Source: Bdellovibrionota bacterium (GTDB lineage: Bacteria > Bdellovibrionota > UBA1018 > UBA923). From it: a DNA stretch of 45,047 nucleotides. The notes under the pieces are model-generated. The model was given only the letters and a program-made list of their open reading frames with translations, did no database searches and was not told where the DNA came from. This document shows positions 17,537 through 28,034 of the stretch, one piece after another. The stretch is taken from the NCBI GenBank assembly GCA_040754655.1, contig JBFMCE010000017.1, forward strand, positions 1-45,047, given 5' to 3'. Each line of letters opens with the position of its first letter. Within the stretch, counting starts at the first letter, position 1. The position numbers and the translations under genes are program-made.

Positions 17537-18094
17537 TCATTGCTTAGGAGCGCCTCTGCTCACGCTCATTTTCACGACATTCTTCAATGTCTCTCGCAGA
17601 GCTTCGAGTTGCCCTTCGGCTCGGAGGTCTCCCAAACCGAGTTCATGGAGGCCCAGTGCCGAAATCTCGACCGAGTGCAATTTGAGCAGGTAGGCCACAG
17701 CCACCACGGCCGTGCGACGATTCGCGTCTTTAAAAACATGGGTTAATACCAACTGGGCGTAAAGATCTGCCGCGGCCTCAACCACCTCGCCTGCAACAGC
17801 GCGGTCTTTCGCACGACGTAAAATCTCTCTGGTCTTTTCCACAGGATCAGCCAGAAGCTGAAAACTCTCTTGGCGTCCGGACGGCAGCGTACAAACCGCT
17901 AACCCATCTCTCCAAGGCTCACTGCTTTCTCCCGTCAGGATGTTGTTGATTCGGGCAAGTTCGCCACTATTGAGAAAAGCACCGCTTTCAACCATGCTTT
18001 CAGCCACCTCCAAGGCGCGCTCAAATCGCGTGAGCTCTAGTTGGCGATGCAAAAAATTGGGACGAGATGGAGGTCTATGATCATTTTGCGACAT
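17537..18094 (-). CDS. Fic/Doc family protein
   Basis: HVFKDANRRTA matches the Doc-type Fic motif HxFxD(A/G)N(K/R)R. Confidence 0.85.
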   Translation of the reverse strand: MSQNDHRPPSRPNFLHRQLELTRFERALEVAESMVESGAFLNSGELARINNILTGESSEPWRDGLAVCTLPSGRQESFQLLADPVEKTREILRRAKDRAVAGEVVEAAADLYAQLVLTHVFKDANRRTAVVAVAYLLKLHSVEISALGLHELGLGDLRAEGQLEALRETLKNVVKMSVSRGAPKQ

Positions 18095-18156
18095 AACTGT
18101 GCCTCGTAAGCAAGACAGAGCGTTATCCCGGATTCAGTGAAATTTAAACTAGAAAC

Positions 18157-20112
18157 TCAATCAGACAAAATGCGCGGTGCTCTAAGCTTCTTATCTGCTT
18201 TTCCCGCTGGCGCGCGCGCTGGTTCCATTGCGTCAAACTCATTCCAAGAAGAACGAGCGCTTCTTCTGCCAAGCTCATCAATGGCTTCCACCGACCATCG
18301 ATAAGACCCAGAACCCTCGGGCAACCATTTCATCCGGTTCTGGCCGTTCTCTGAAGCGATCGAACGCTGAGCAATCGTCTGCCAGGCATTCTCGGCAGAG
18401 CGTCTTTGGATCTCGATGGCGTATCCCTTCGCTCCCTTGACCTCCCGCCAACTGAGTCCGAATTCTTCTTCTGATCCAACTCTGAATTGAGACCCGTGAA
18501 GGGGTTCCAAGGCAAGGGGCGCAGGCAAGGGAGTGGCATCATAAGCCCTAAATGATTGGTATTTGGAAAAACTTCCCACTTCACTGGCGGCCGTGCTGCC
18601 GACGACGGTCCAATGATAAAGAGCACCGTCGAGAGAAAGAACCGTCTTCGGCACTAAAACAAAGTTCGACCTGGTCGCCACGCTCGGCTCAAAAGGCCTG
18701 AGTTCACCATCTCGCCATAAATAAAACTTATAGCTCTCTGCCTCGGGCAAGTGCTGCCAAGAAAACCAAATCCCTTTCTCTGTGACGCTTTCAACTGATT
18801 GATCGCGAGGGAAAAATAGACGCGGGGCCGAAAGGACTGGATTTTGTTTCACCGACAACGTCATTGCCTTCGAGCGAATCGGGTTATTTACGCCTCGAAA
18901 ATGAGCAGACACTCTCCAAAACCATTTCCCCGGATTTTGCTCGAGTTTACGCAAATGCTCCGGGTCGGTCATCGTCAGGCGATACTGAATTTGTTTCCCT
19001 TCCTCAAGCACGGCCTTGCCGCGATCAGATGCCGCCAATCTGATGAGACCTGATTGAAAGTCTTGTTTCCTTGAAAGCTCAACGACAAACGTCGTAACAT
19101 TCATCGCCTCGCTCCAAGGAGCACCCCAATCGAAAACGATGGGACTAAGATGCTTTACGAACGGCACGGTTGTTTGAGCGGTGGGCTCGCGAGGTTCGAT
19201 TTGAATGTCATCAGTGTTTACAAGGCTGAAATGCGAGGGATGAGAGGTTAGATTCGCTTCGTCAACAACTCGCCAATAATAACGTCCCGGCCTTAGTTTT
19301 GGCTTCGCATGCCCATCATGCGATTTGCCTTCCGCGACGATCGTCTCGAACTTTGCGTCCAGCGCTACTTGCCAATTCAATATCGCGGGTTTCGAAATTG
19401 ACCATGTCAAACGCACCTCGGCTCCCCCGCCGCTCGAAAAGATCACGTCAGCTGGTTCAGGCGACTCAATCGCGATGGGTCTCTTCAAGGCTTTTTGAGG
19501 CTGCCCTTCGCCGACCATCACCGAGTCAAGTGCATCGAGCTGAATCGACTTGTCTTCGGCTTGGACTGAGGCATATCCTTTCATCAACGAAACTTCAGTC
19601 GAAGAGTCAGCGTAAAGCGCCACACTCAACGAAGAGGAATGAGTCTTTATAAGCGCCTTTGGCGTTTGAATATGGAGGGTTGACTTTGATTTGAGCGACA
19701 GGTTCCCGCTTAAAAGTTTGAGGATGAGTTGTGCGCCCGTGCGTTCGAACTGAAGCTTGGCGTTTTCACTCAACCTGACCTCGCTGCCGTCATTCAATTC
19801 CATGTGCAGGCCCATTCCGGCGCCAACCGAGATGCGATCGCTCAAATGAATGGAATCGCCCGCTATTAGAGCGCGTCTGGTATGCGAGCTGGTGTCGAGC
19901 CGCAAACCTTCCATTCCCACGGCCTTAACCCATCCAACTTTGTGAGATGGGCGAGACGCTTGGGAAAGAGATTTCGACTTCCCGCGAACCGAGAACACCA
20001 AAGTCGCAAAAATCGTCAGTATGATGCCGACCGCGAAGGGAAGTTGTTTCGGCGCCCCAAGCCTAGGCGCATAACGCAAAACCGAACTTCTGATTTTCTT
20101 CGAATGGCGCAA
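18157..20112 (-). CDS. FecR-domain protein with multiple Fn3/Ig-like repeats
   Basis: N-terminal TM, FecR-like DGSEVRLSENA...IQTP, repeated YYWRV/WFWRV/YHWTV/YRWSV strands. Confidence 0.75.
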   Translation of the reverse strand: MRHSKKIRSSVLRYAPRLGAPKQLPFAVGIILTIFATLVFSVRGKSKSLSQASRPSHKVGWVKAVGMEGLRLDTSSHTRRALIAGDSIHLSDRISVGAGMGLHMELNDGSEVRLSENAKLQFERTGAQLILKLLSGNLSLKSKSTLHIQTPKALIKTHSSSLSVALYADSSTEVSLMKGYASVQAEDKSIQLDALDSVMVGEGQPQKALKRPIAIESPEPADVIFSSGGGAEVRLTWSISKPAILNWQVALDAKFETIVAEGKSHDGHAKPKLRPGRYYWRVVDEANLTSHPSHFSLVNTDDIQIEPREPTAQTTVPFVKHLSPIVFDWGAPWSEAMNVTTFVVELSRKQDFQSGLIRLAASDRGKAVLEEGKQIQYRLTMTDPEHLRKLEQNPGKWFWRVSAHFRGVNNPIRSKAMTLSVKQNPVLSAPRLFFPRDQSVESVTEKGIWFSWQHLPEAESYKFYLWRDGELRPFEPSVATRSNFVLVPKTVLSLDGALYHWTVVGSTAASEVGSFSKYQSFRAYDATPLPAPLALEPLHGSQFRVGSEEEFGLSWREVKGAKGYAIEIQRRSAENAWQTIAQRSIASENGQNRMKWLPEGSGSYRWSVEAIDELGRRSARSSWNEFDAMEPARAPAGKADKKLRAPRILSD

Positions 20113-20204
20113 TCGATCTCCCCCGCAGGTCAGATCGGCCGTTAAATGATTTATCTCAACTATTTATATTGAATTGTCGAAAAGCTCACTGGGTAACCGA
20201 CGCC

Positions 20205-21194
20205 ATGAACAGCGAAAGATTGAAACCTAGCGGAAGAATGGTATATTTAGGCATTCTGATTTGCCTATTTTCACTGATCTCCGTGGCAGCAATATCGATA
20301 ACGGCAAATCGTCACCTCTTGGCGTCAAGCCAACAAGCAGCTCTCCATTTGGCGCAATTGGTAGGCAATAGTTTCCAGGCGCTATACGCCACGGCTATCG
20401 CGACACCGGTCTCGTCTGAAAATACAGACACATCCAACTCGCTGAACGCCCTGTCGACTGACGTGGTCTCGACCGGCACCCTGACCTGGACCGACTCCGG
20501 CGTGTCATTTGAACTGAGATTCGACAACTCAAGAATTTTGAGTGAACAGAAAATTGACCCTGCCTCCATTCATCAGCTCGTCGAAAAGTTTCGAGACGAC
20601 CTTGCGAACGATGACCGCTCATTGGGATTCAGTTATGCCGGCCTTCTTCAAGGTGAATTGCCGGTTTTATTCGTCGTTCACGCGAGTACGGCTGGCCAAC
20701 TGACCGAGAGCCGATCACGTTACACTATAATCAACCTAAATAACTTTCTCGCGTCACTCAAAGAGATCGCGGAATTCTCAATCTTTGTCATTGATCGGAA
20801 CGGAACACTTCTCTTGCACCCGCTCCAAGAAAAGGCGATTCGACGCGAAAACCTGGGGAATCACTCCTTGGCACAGATTTTAAAAGCGGATCCGGCCGAG
20901 ACGGGGCGCTTTCGCGCCACGCATCCTAAGGATGATGAAGAGACTCTTGGCGCTTTTTATCGCATTCCAGGAACGGGTTTCACTGTGATCGCCGAAACTC
21001 AAGAGGGCATGGCGCTTGAACTCGTAGTTAAATTGCAGAAGGTCTTTGGCCTCGTCGCATTTTTCATATTTACTTTGACGCTTGTCCTTGCGAATCGATT
21101 GACCAAGATGTCAGCCGGTTTGGTGACCGAAGAGACTGGCAGTCGAAAAGCCGAACAAAAAGAGCCTCAATTGCGGTTGGTTAAAACCCGTTAA
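20205..21194 (+). CDS. Two-TM Cache-domain membrane protein without a cytoplasmic output domain
   Basis: TM1, IFVIDRNGTLLLHP Cache motif, LGAFYRIPGTGFTVIAE, TM2, then about 30 aa to the stop. Confidence 0.75.
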   Translation: MNSERLKPSGRMVYLGILICLFSLISVAAISITANRHLLASSQQAALHLAQLVGNSFQALYATAIATPVSSENTDTSNSLNALSTDVVSTGTLTWTDSGVSFELRFDNSRILSEQKIDPASIHQLVEKFRDDLANDDRSLGFSYAGLLQGELPVLFVVHASTAGQLTESRSRYTIINLNNFLASLKEIAEFSIFVIDRNGTLLLHPLQEKAIRRENLGNHSLAQILKADPAETGRFRATHPKDDEETLGAFYRIPGTGFTVIAETQEGMALELVVKLQKVFGLVAFFIFTLTLVLANRLTKMSAGLVTEETGSRKAEQKEPQLRLVKTR

Positions 21195-21481
21195 TCTTCG
21201 TCAGAACCAGAGCTTCTGCCTGTGCCCCTTTTCATCTCGGCTTCGTATGCGGCAAGAATCTTGTTCTCCATCATATCACGAGTCTCATTATTCAATGGAT
21301 GAGCAATATCCTTGAAAACCCCGTCTTTTCTCTTTTTAGAAGGCATCGCGACAAAAAGCCCGGTGGTTCCGTTGATGATCTTCAGGTCACGGACCACGAA
21401 ACAGTTATCTAAGATAATTGTAACGTAGGCTTTCAGCTTCTCTTCATTGACGGGGAACACCTTGATTTCTGTAATGTCCAT
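21191..21481 (-). CDS. spoVG: SpoVG nucleic-acid-binding regulator
   Basis: MDITEIKV...LKAYVTIILDNCFVVRDLKII...GLFVAMPS...FKDIAHP. Confidence 0.95.
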   Translation of the reverse strand: MDITEIKVFPVNEEKLKAYVTIILDNCFVVRDLKIINGTTGLFVAMPSKKRKDGVFKDIAHPLNNETRDMMENKILAAYEAEMKRGTGRSSGSDED

Positions 21482-21521
21482 GGCGGCTTCTCCTAAGCCT
21501 GAAAAACCTACCTCTTTAGAC

Positions 21522-21550
21522 ATTGTATGAGGTGTCACACTACGATGCAA
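21522..21550 (-). promoter_or_regulatory. Putative sigma70 promoter of spoVG
   Basis: TTGCAT-17 nt-TACAAT. Confidence 0.55.
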
Positions 21551-21574
21551 TATGGAATGCCGCCCGCTGTTTTA

Positions 21575-24190
21575 TTAGTGGGCAAACGATGCCCCACCTC
21601 TTCGTACTTGTTCATTTCGCTCAACCTCAAGATGCCCGTTACGTTCAGTCACTCGAACAGTGTCCGCGGGTTGAAACTTCCCTTCTAAGATTTTGGAAGC
21701 TAAGACATTTTGGAGTTCGCGCTGGATGAGGCGCTTCAAGGGCCGGGCTCCAAAATCGGGGTCGTAACCTCGTTCGACCAACCAGTCTAAAGCTTTTTCA
21801 TCGATATCCAAAGCAAGCTGACGATTGGACAAAAGCCTTTCAAGGTTCTTGATCTGTATTTTGACGATGCCCTTGATTTGTTCGCGATCCAGGCTATGAA
21901 AAATCACAGTCTCATCAATGCGGTTGAGAAATTCTGGTTTCATGTGCTCGCGCAAGATCTCGTGAACCTTCGATTCTCTTCTTTTGACGTCTCGTTCAGC
22001 AAGTATCTCGCGGCTGCCCAGATTGCTCGTCATGATGATCACGGTATTCGTAAAATCAACCGTCCTTCCCTGCCCATCCGTTACCCTGCCGTCATCAAGG
22101 ATTTGAAGAAAGATGTTGAACACATCGTTGTGAGCCTTCTCGATCTCATCAAATAAGATCGCGCTGTAAGGACGCCTGCGCACAGCTTCGGTAAGCTGCC
22201 CGCCTTCTTCGTAGCCCACATAACCCGGAGGAGCCCCGATAAGACGCGCGACCGAGTGTTTTTCCATGTACTCAGACATATCAATGCGGATAAGCGCATG
22301 TTCATCATCAAATAAAAACGCCGCCAATGCCTTGGCGGTTTCGGTTTTTCCAACCCCGGTGGGACCCAGGAAGAGAAACGAGCCGATCGGTCGATTGGGG
22401 TCTTGCAGTCCTGCCCTCGCTCGACGAATCGCATCGGCAATCGCATGAATCGCTTCTTCCTGACCCACGACCCGGTTGTGCAGGCGACCTTCCATCTCAA
22501 GCAATTTCTTTTGTTCGCCCTCGAGCATTCTAGAAACCGGAATGCCCGTCCACTTCGAAACCACTTCGGCGATATGATTGTCATCAACCTCTTGATGCAG
22601 GATTTTTCTATCTTTCGCTTTTAAGCTGCGTTCCTCTAATTTTTTCTGCAAATCGAGCAATACGCCGTATTTCAATTCGGCTGCCTTCTCAAGATCGCCT
22701 TTCTTTTCGGCTTGTTCCATTTCAAAGCGTTTTTGCTCTATCAGCCCTTTTAGCTCTGCAAGCTGTCCTACCTCTTGCCGCTCCTTCTGCCATTGCGCCT
22801 TGAGTGTCGCCGACTGCTCTCGCAGATCTTTCAACTCTTGCTCGATCTTGAGCACTCGATCTTTTGAAATCGGATCAGACTCTTTTTTTAAAGCCTGGCG
22901 TTCAACTTCAAGAGTCAGGATTCTTCTCTCAAGATTATCGATATTCTCTGGCAGTGACTCTAAGGCCATTCTCACCCTGCTTGCCGCTTCGTCTACAAGG
23001 TCAATCGCCTTGTCAGGCAAGAATCGGTCGGAGATGTACCGGTTTGATAGAACAGATGCCGCAACCAAAGCGTTGTCTTTGATCGTTACTTTGTGGTGAA
23101 GTTCGTATTTCTCGCGCAATCCCCTTAAAATCGAAATCGTATCTTCAACGCTCGGCTCCTTGACATAAACGGGCTGGAATCTCCTTTCAAGCGCCGCATC
23201 TTTCTCGATCTTTTTCTTGTACTCATTGAGGGTTGTCGCGCCTATGCATCGAAGTTCGCCTCGGGCCAATGCGGGTTTAAGCATATTAGAAGCATCCATG
23301 CTGCCCTCGGCGGCGCCGGCCCCAACCAAGGTGTGGATCTCATCTATGAATAAAATAATTTCACCAGACGCATCGGTCACCGCTTTCAATACAGCTTTGA
23401 GCCTCTCTTCAAACTCGCCACGAAACTTAGCCCCCGCCACCAGAGCTCCCAAATCAAGAACGATCACCTTCTTATTCTTCAAACCTTCCGGAACATCTCC
23501 ATTGGAGACTCGTTGGGCGAGTCCCTCTGCGAGAGCGGTTTTCCCTACGCCAGGTTCACCGATGAGAATCGGATTATTTTTCGTGCGGCGGGAAAGAACT
23601 TGGATCACCCGGCGAATCTCTTCGTCGCGCCCGATCACGGGATCAAGCTTGCCAGTCTTCGCCATCTCGGTGAGATCTCGACCGTATTTCTGCAACGGAT
23701 TCATCGTCGCTTCCGGATTCTCGTCTTGGATGCGCTGATTGCCTCTAACCTTGCCCAATACGTGGGCGACTTTGTCGTAACTGAGGCCTGCGCGAAAGAG
23801 TGCCCGGTTTGTTTCGGTGTCTTTGAAAGCACGATTTCCAAGATAAGCTAAAAGAAAGTGTTCAGTGCTGACGTACTCGTCTTTTAGTTTTTTCGCTTCA
23901 TCTTCTGCGTGAACAAGAAGCTTGTTGAACAGGCCTGATGGAAAAACCTTGCCCTCACCGCTTCCACCGGTCACCGACGGGAAGCGCCCGACCTGGCCTT
24001 CCAGGGTCTTGAGGATCAAATCAACGTCGACCCCCGCGGCAGCCGCAATTGACGGAACAATGCCGTCCTTTTGCTGAAACAGCGCCAACAAAAGGTGTTC
24101 GGGCTGCAGCTCCTGATTGCTGTTGCGAACGGCGATATGTTGCGACTCAACTAGCGCTTCCTCAGCCTTCGTAGTGAATTTTGCGGCCAT
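21575..24190 (-). CDS. clpB: ATP-dependent disaggregase ClpB
   Basis: Clp N domain, GEPGVGKT and GPTGVGKT Walker A motifs, long coiled-coil middle domain, GYVG pore loop. Confidence 0.97.
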   Translation of the reverse strand: MAAKFTTKAEEALVESQHIAVRNSNQELQPEHLLLALFQQKDGIVPSIAAAAGVDVDLILKTLEGQVGRFPSVTGGSGEGKVFPSGLFNKLLVHAEDEAKKLKDEYVSTEHFLLAYLGNRAFKDTETNRALFRAGLSYDKVAHVLGKVRGNQRIQDENPEATMNPLQKYGRDLTEMAKTGKLDPVIGRDEEIRRVIQVLSRRTKNNPILIGEPGVGKTALAEGLAQRVSNGDVPEGLKNKKVIVLDLGALVAGAKFRGEFEERLKAVLKAVTDASGEIILFIDEIHTLVGAGAAEGSMDASNMLKPALARGELRCIGATTLNEYKKKIEKDAALERRFQPVYVKEPSVEDTISILRGLREKYELHHKVTIKDNALVAASVLSNRYISDRFLPDKAIDLVDEAASRVRMALESLPENIDNLERRILTLEVERQALKKESDPISKDRVLKIEQELKDLREQSATLKAQWQKERQEVGQLAELKGLIEQKRFEMEQAEKKGDLEKAAELKYGVLLDLQKKLEERSLKAKDRKILHQEVDDNHIAEVVSKWTGIPVSRMLEGEQKKLLEMEGRLHNRVVGQEEAIHAIADAIRRARAGLQDPNRPIGSFLFLGPTGVGKTETAKALAAFLFDDEHALIRIDMSEYMEKHSVARLIGAPPGYVGYEEGGQLTEAVRRRPYSAILFDEIEKAHNDVFNIFLQILDDGRVTDGQGRTVDFTNTVIIMTSNLGSREILAERDVKRRESKVHEILREHMKPEFLNRIDETVIFHSLDREQIKGIVKIQIKNLERLLSNRQLALDIDEKALDWLVERGYDPDFGARPLKRLIQRELQNVLASKILEGKFQPADTVRVTERNGHLEVERNEQVRRGGASFAH

Positions 24191-24227
24191 AACCGAAACC
24201 TCCTTTAGCTTCGGCTAGCCACAGGGA

Positions 24228-25796
24228 TCATTCTTCGTCCATAGCGGCTAGCTTCAATGCAATCACAGCAAAAGTCTCTCGCCCGTTCTCATCTTGCTTT
24301 CGAACTCTCAACAAGTACGTCTTCTTGCTGCGTACGATTTTATCGAACTCTTCTTCACTCTTGATCGCCTTTCGATCAACTTCGAGAATCACATCTCCTC
24401 GTTCAAGTCCTGCATTAAATGCCGGGCTGCCGGGCCGAACTTGTGAAATCACGATCCCTCGAAAAGACTCAGGCAGCCCCAATTGTCTCGCCAGTTCCGG
24501 AGTCTCAGGCGAGATCTCTTCAATCTCCATTCCAGTATCCGGCCTGCCGCTCTTCTTTTTTTGCGGCTTGCTCGGCGTACCATCTGGTTTTACGCGACCG
24601 CGGTCACGCCTAAAATCAGGGCGTCGCGCCACCATCACTCCCACGGCCATTTCTTTTCCAGAACGCAAAATCTTCACTTTTGCGTTTTCTCCCACCGGAA
24701 CAGCGGTAATCGCCGCTACAAGTTCATTCGCATTGTGAATGGGCTTTCCGTTCACCTCTTTAATAACGTCATAAACCTGCAACCCAGCCTTGGCCGCCGG
24801 GGTGCCGGGCATCACATTAGTTATGATGGGTGCTTTGGTGTTCTCGTCAAGTTTCAGGCTCTTGGCCAGATCAGGGCGCAAATCATCCACGCTTACGCCT
24901 ATATAGCCGCGCTCTACCCGACCCTTGGTTTTGAGCTGAGGCAGGATGTCTTTGACAAGATTGATGGGAATCGCAAAACCGATGCCTGGGCCCCTCGCAT
25001 CGATCGCGTTGTTGATCCCCACGACTTCCCCATTGAGGTTCACCAGGGGCCCTCCTGAGTTGCCGGGGTTGATGGGAGCATCAACTTGCAAGTAGTTCGC
25101 GAAACTCCCGGGCAGGGTGCGTTCCTTCGCGCTCACGATTCCGTGTGAGACCGAATGCCCATGGCCAAACGGGTTGCCTACGGCCGCTATCCATTCGCCC
25201 ACTTCAAGCTTACTTGAATCGCTTAAGTTCGCAGCCTGCATCGTATTGCGCGTTTTCACCTTCAATAAGGCGATATCCAGATCAGGGTCTTGTCCCACGA
25301 TTTCAGCCTTGGTTTCAGGTTCGTCCGCCTTTTCCGTGAACTTCACGCGAATTTCATCGGCGCCCTCAACGACGTGATTGTTGGTGAGGATGAGCCCGCC
25401 GGTATTCGACGTTTCGATGATGAAACCAGACCCCAAGGACTGCGCTTTTGGCGAAGGCATGCCGGGGCCGCCAGGAGTGGCGTTGAAACCCTCTCCGAAA
25501 AACTCTTCAAAGAACCGGCGCCACATTTCGTCTTGTCCCCCCGGTCCGCCCCAAGGCGCTCGTATCGTAGAGGTAGTGTAGATATTCACGACGGAGGGGA
25601 CCATCTTCTTTGAAATTTCGACGAAAATATTGGCAAGCTCGCTCTTTTTATCGCTACTAGCCGCGTGAAGCGGCGGAGCATGAACCACCGAAGTCATCTC
25701 TTGAGTCTGTGGACTTATGCCTCGGCCCAAACCGTAGCCAAACGAGACTGCGAACAATACCAGCATCAGGACAATCGTTATATTTTTGTACCGCAT
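24228..25796 (-). CDS. DegP/HtrA (Do family) serine protease with two PDZ domains
   Basis: GSGFII, TNNHVV, DIALL, INPGNSGGPL, two PDZ domains. Confidence 0.95.
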   Translation of the reverse strand: MRYKNITIVLMLVLFAVSFGYGLGRGISPQTQEMTSVVHAPPLHAASSDKKSELANIFVEISKKMVPSVVNIYTTSTIRAPWGGPGGQDEMWRRFFEEFFGEGFNATPGGPGMPSPKAQSLGSGFIIETSNTGGLILTNNHVVEGADEIRVKFTEKADEPETKAEIVGQDPDLDIALLKVKTRNTMQAANLSDSSKLEVGEWIAAVGNPFGHGHSVSHGIVSAKERTLPGSFANYLQVDAPINPGNSGGPLVNLNGEVVGINNAIDARGPGIGFAIPINLVKDILPQLKTKGRVERGYIGVSVDDLRPDLAKSLKLDENTKAPIITNVMPGTPAAKAGLQVYDVIKEVNGKPIHNANELVAAITAVPVGENAKVKILRSGKEMAVGVMVARRPDFRRDRGRVKPDGTPSKPQKKKSGRPDTGMEIEEISPETPELARQLGLPESFRGIVISQVRPGSPAFNAGLERGDVILEVDRKAIKSEEEFDKIVRSKKTYLLRVRKQDENGRETFAVIALKLAAMDEE

Positions 25797-25812
25797 GAGG
25801 ACTCCTTAAAGA

Positions 25813-26085
25813 TTACTTTTTCGTTTGGCCCTGCACTTCCACAAAGCGCATACGGGTTTCAAAGAGAAGACTGGTGAGCAGGCGATCTTCGTCAGTGGTG
25901 AGATTGTTTTTAGTCTTTTCCTTGATCAGCTCGAGAAGATCAATATTCTGGCGCGCAAGCTCAAGATCAATCTCGGTCTTGTCGCTCTCTGGGTGCGGCG
26001 TAAGCCCAAGTCCCATGAAAGCTGCGGATGAAACCGACAAAACAAATGTGGTAAAGTCGATACGGGTCTCATTTGAATCCGACAT
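25813..26085 (-). CDS. DUF1844 family protein
   Basis: FTTFVLS...LG..PHP...DLELARQNIDLL..IKEKTKNNL..E..LL...LFE.RMRFV. Confidence 0.85.
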   Translation of the reverse strand: MSDSNETRIDFTTFVLSVSSAAFMGLGLTPHPESDKTEIDLELARQNIDLLELIKEKTKNNLTTDEDRLLTSLLFETRMRFVEVQGQTKK

Positions 26086-26101
26086 GGTCTTTCACTCCTG
26101 G

Positions 26102-26959
26102 TCATCCCAACTTCAAAAGTTTCGCGATTCGATCCTCGACTGAAGGATGGGTACTAAACAAATTTAGCAAAGCCGTTCCTGAGAACGGATTCACGATATA
26201 CAGGTGAGCCGTGGCAGGATTGCCCGAGGCCAACGGAAGTCCCGAGCTCATGCTGTGAATCTTTTGCAAGGCATTGGCTAAACGTTCAGGACTTCCGCAA
26301 AGCTCTGCGCCCATCAGATCAGCCATATATTCCCGAGAGCGCGACACTGCAAACTGAATTAATGTTGCTGCAAGCGGGGAAACGATCGCCATAACTACTA
26401 CCCGAAACGCGCTGTTTGACTTGCGGCCTTCGGTTCGCGCCGATGAAGTCGGGGTTCCAAAAAAAATGCCCCAAGGGGACGTTCTTGCCACAACAAGGAT
26501 TGCGGCTGCCATCGTCGCTGCGATGCAACCCACCAAAGTGTCGCGATTCTTAATGTGAGCCAATTCATGCGCAAGAACGCTTTCCAGTTCTTGATAACTC
26601 AAAGCACCCAACAACCCTTGAGTCACGGCTATCGCGGAATGGTGAGGATTACGTCCCGTTGCGAATGCATTAGGAGAATGGTCGGGAATTAAATAAATTT
26701 GTGGAGTAGGCAAACCCGCTCTTTGCGCGAGACGCTCAACCATTTCGTGCAAACCGAAAGAATCTCCGGGATGGACGCTCTGAGCATGATGCATGGTTAA
26801 AATGATTTTGTCTGAAAACCAGTAAGCAGTGAAATTCACCACGGCAGCGAGGAAAAATCCTATAAAAATTCCATTCGAACCCGCAATGAGATAGCCAAGG
26901 CTCATGAAGATCGCTGAGAGCACAAATAAAAAAATAAATGTTTTCAACTGATTGTACAT
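26102..26959 (-). CDS. htpX: Membrane zinc metalloprotease HtpX
   Basis: N-terminal TMs, PNAFATGRNP, HELAH, SRSREYMAD, FSTHP. Confidence 0.93.
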   Translation of the reverse strand: MYNQLKTFIFLFVLSAIFMSLGYLIAGSNGIFIGFFLAAVVNFTAYWFSDKIILTMHHAQSVHPGDSFGLHEMVERLAQRAGLPTPQIYLIPDHSPNAFATGRNPHHSAIAVTQGLLGALSYQELESVLAHELAHIKNRDTLVGCIAATMAAAILVVARTSPWGIFFGTPTSSARTEGRKSNSAFRVVVMAIVSPLAATLIQFAVSRSREYMADLMGAELCGSPERLANALQKIHSMSSGLPLASGNPATAHLYIVNPFSGTALLNLFSTHPSVEDRIAKLLKLG

Positions 26960-26979
26960 TGCATCTCGACTCTGCCCAC

Positions 26980-27008
26980 AATATAGGACCGCATCACACG
27001 GGTGTCAA
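26980..27008 (-). promoter_or_regulatory. Sigma70 promoter of htpX-DUF1844-degP-clpB
   Basis: TTGACA-17 nt-TATATT, 20 bp upstream of the htpX ATG. Confidence 0.7.
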
Positions 27009-27131
27009 ACTACCCCTCATTGTTAGTAATAAGTCAATGCGAGCTCTTGAACCTCATCTTGCGGCATGTTAGAGAGGCCATCAAAGATTGTTTCTTAGAC
27101 CGAGGCGCGAAAGAGTAGAGGGGATACAAAG

Positions 27132-27983
27132 ATGGATAAACTCGGATTTGGAACCGCTGGTTTCCCAAGTGCAGCACCAAAGAAGGACCCGATTGCGGCA
27201 CTTCACAAGGTTAAAGAAATTGGCCTTGATTGTTTAGAGCTTGAATTCGCACATGGCGTGCGAATGCGCGATGAAACGGCGGAGGAAATCAGTAAGACAG
27301 CAAGAAAACTTGGCGTCATTCTTACTGCCCACGCTCCTTATTACATTAATTTAAATGCCAAAGAGCAAGACAAGATCGATGCCTCTATCAATCGCCTACT
27401 ACAAACAGCGCGATTAGCCGGGCTTTGCGGCGCTTACAGCATGACCTTTCATGCCGCCTTCTACATGAAGGATGATCCAAAAACTGTTTTCGACATCGTA
27501 AAGAAATATCTCAAGCAAATCACAGAACGCCTTGTCGATGAAGAGAATGGCATTCATCTTCGCCCCGAACTTACAGGCAGAAAAAGCCAATTCGGGACTT
27601 TGGAAGAGCTTTGTGAGCTCAGCCAGGAAGTAAGGCAAGTCTATCCATGCCTTGATTTCTCTCACAATCAGGCCCGGGTTGACGGAGAAGCGAATAATTA
27701 TAATCACTTTTCTGAAGTTTTTGAGCGTTACAAAAAAGCCTTGGGAAAGGGCGCCCTATCGCAAATGCACATCCACGTCGCTGGCGTGCAATACGGGCCC
27801 AAAGGTGAGATCAAACACCTGTCGCTCAAAGAAAGCAATTTCAACTACAAGGATTTTTTAAAGGCTTGCAAGGATTTCAACGTCAGAGGCGCAGTCATCT
27901 GTGAAAGCCCGGAACTTGAAAATGATGCCCTGCTTTTGAAAAAGACCTACGCGCAATTGAGCGGAAAAACGGCGCGAGCCTGA
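27132..27983 (+). CDS. Endonuclease IV-like AP endonuclease (TIM barrel)
   Basis: HAPYYINL, FHAAFY, RPELTG...FGTLEE, CLDFSH, HIHV, CESP metal-ligand motifs. Confidence 0.88.
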   Translation: MDKLGFGTAGFPSAAPKKDPIAALHKVKEIGLDCLELEFAHGVRMRDETAEEISKTARKLGVILTAHAPYYINLNAKEQDKIDASINRLLQTARLAGLCGAYSMTFHAAFYMKDDPKTVFDIVKKYLKQITERLVDEENGIHLRPELTGRKSQFGTLEELCELSQEVRQVYPCLDFSHNQARVDGEANNYNHFSEVFERYKKALGKGALSQMHIHVAGVQYGPKGEIKHLSLKESNFNYKDFLKACKDFNVRGAVICESPELENDALLLKKTYAQLSGKTARA

Positions 27984-28034
27984 TCACACGGTGAAGAGCC
28001 GTGAAAGAACTCGCGGATGCGGGTATCAACTGGG

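Noticed and set aside
21546..21562. CGGCATTCCATATTGCA as a sigma54 promoter for spoVG
   Set aside because: GG-GC spacing is 11, not the strict 10; a good sigma70 match overlaps it.
26960..27131. CIRCE/HrcA operator upstream of the protease-chaperone operon
   Set aside because: No TTAGCACTC-N9-GAGTGCTAA match on either strand.
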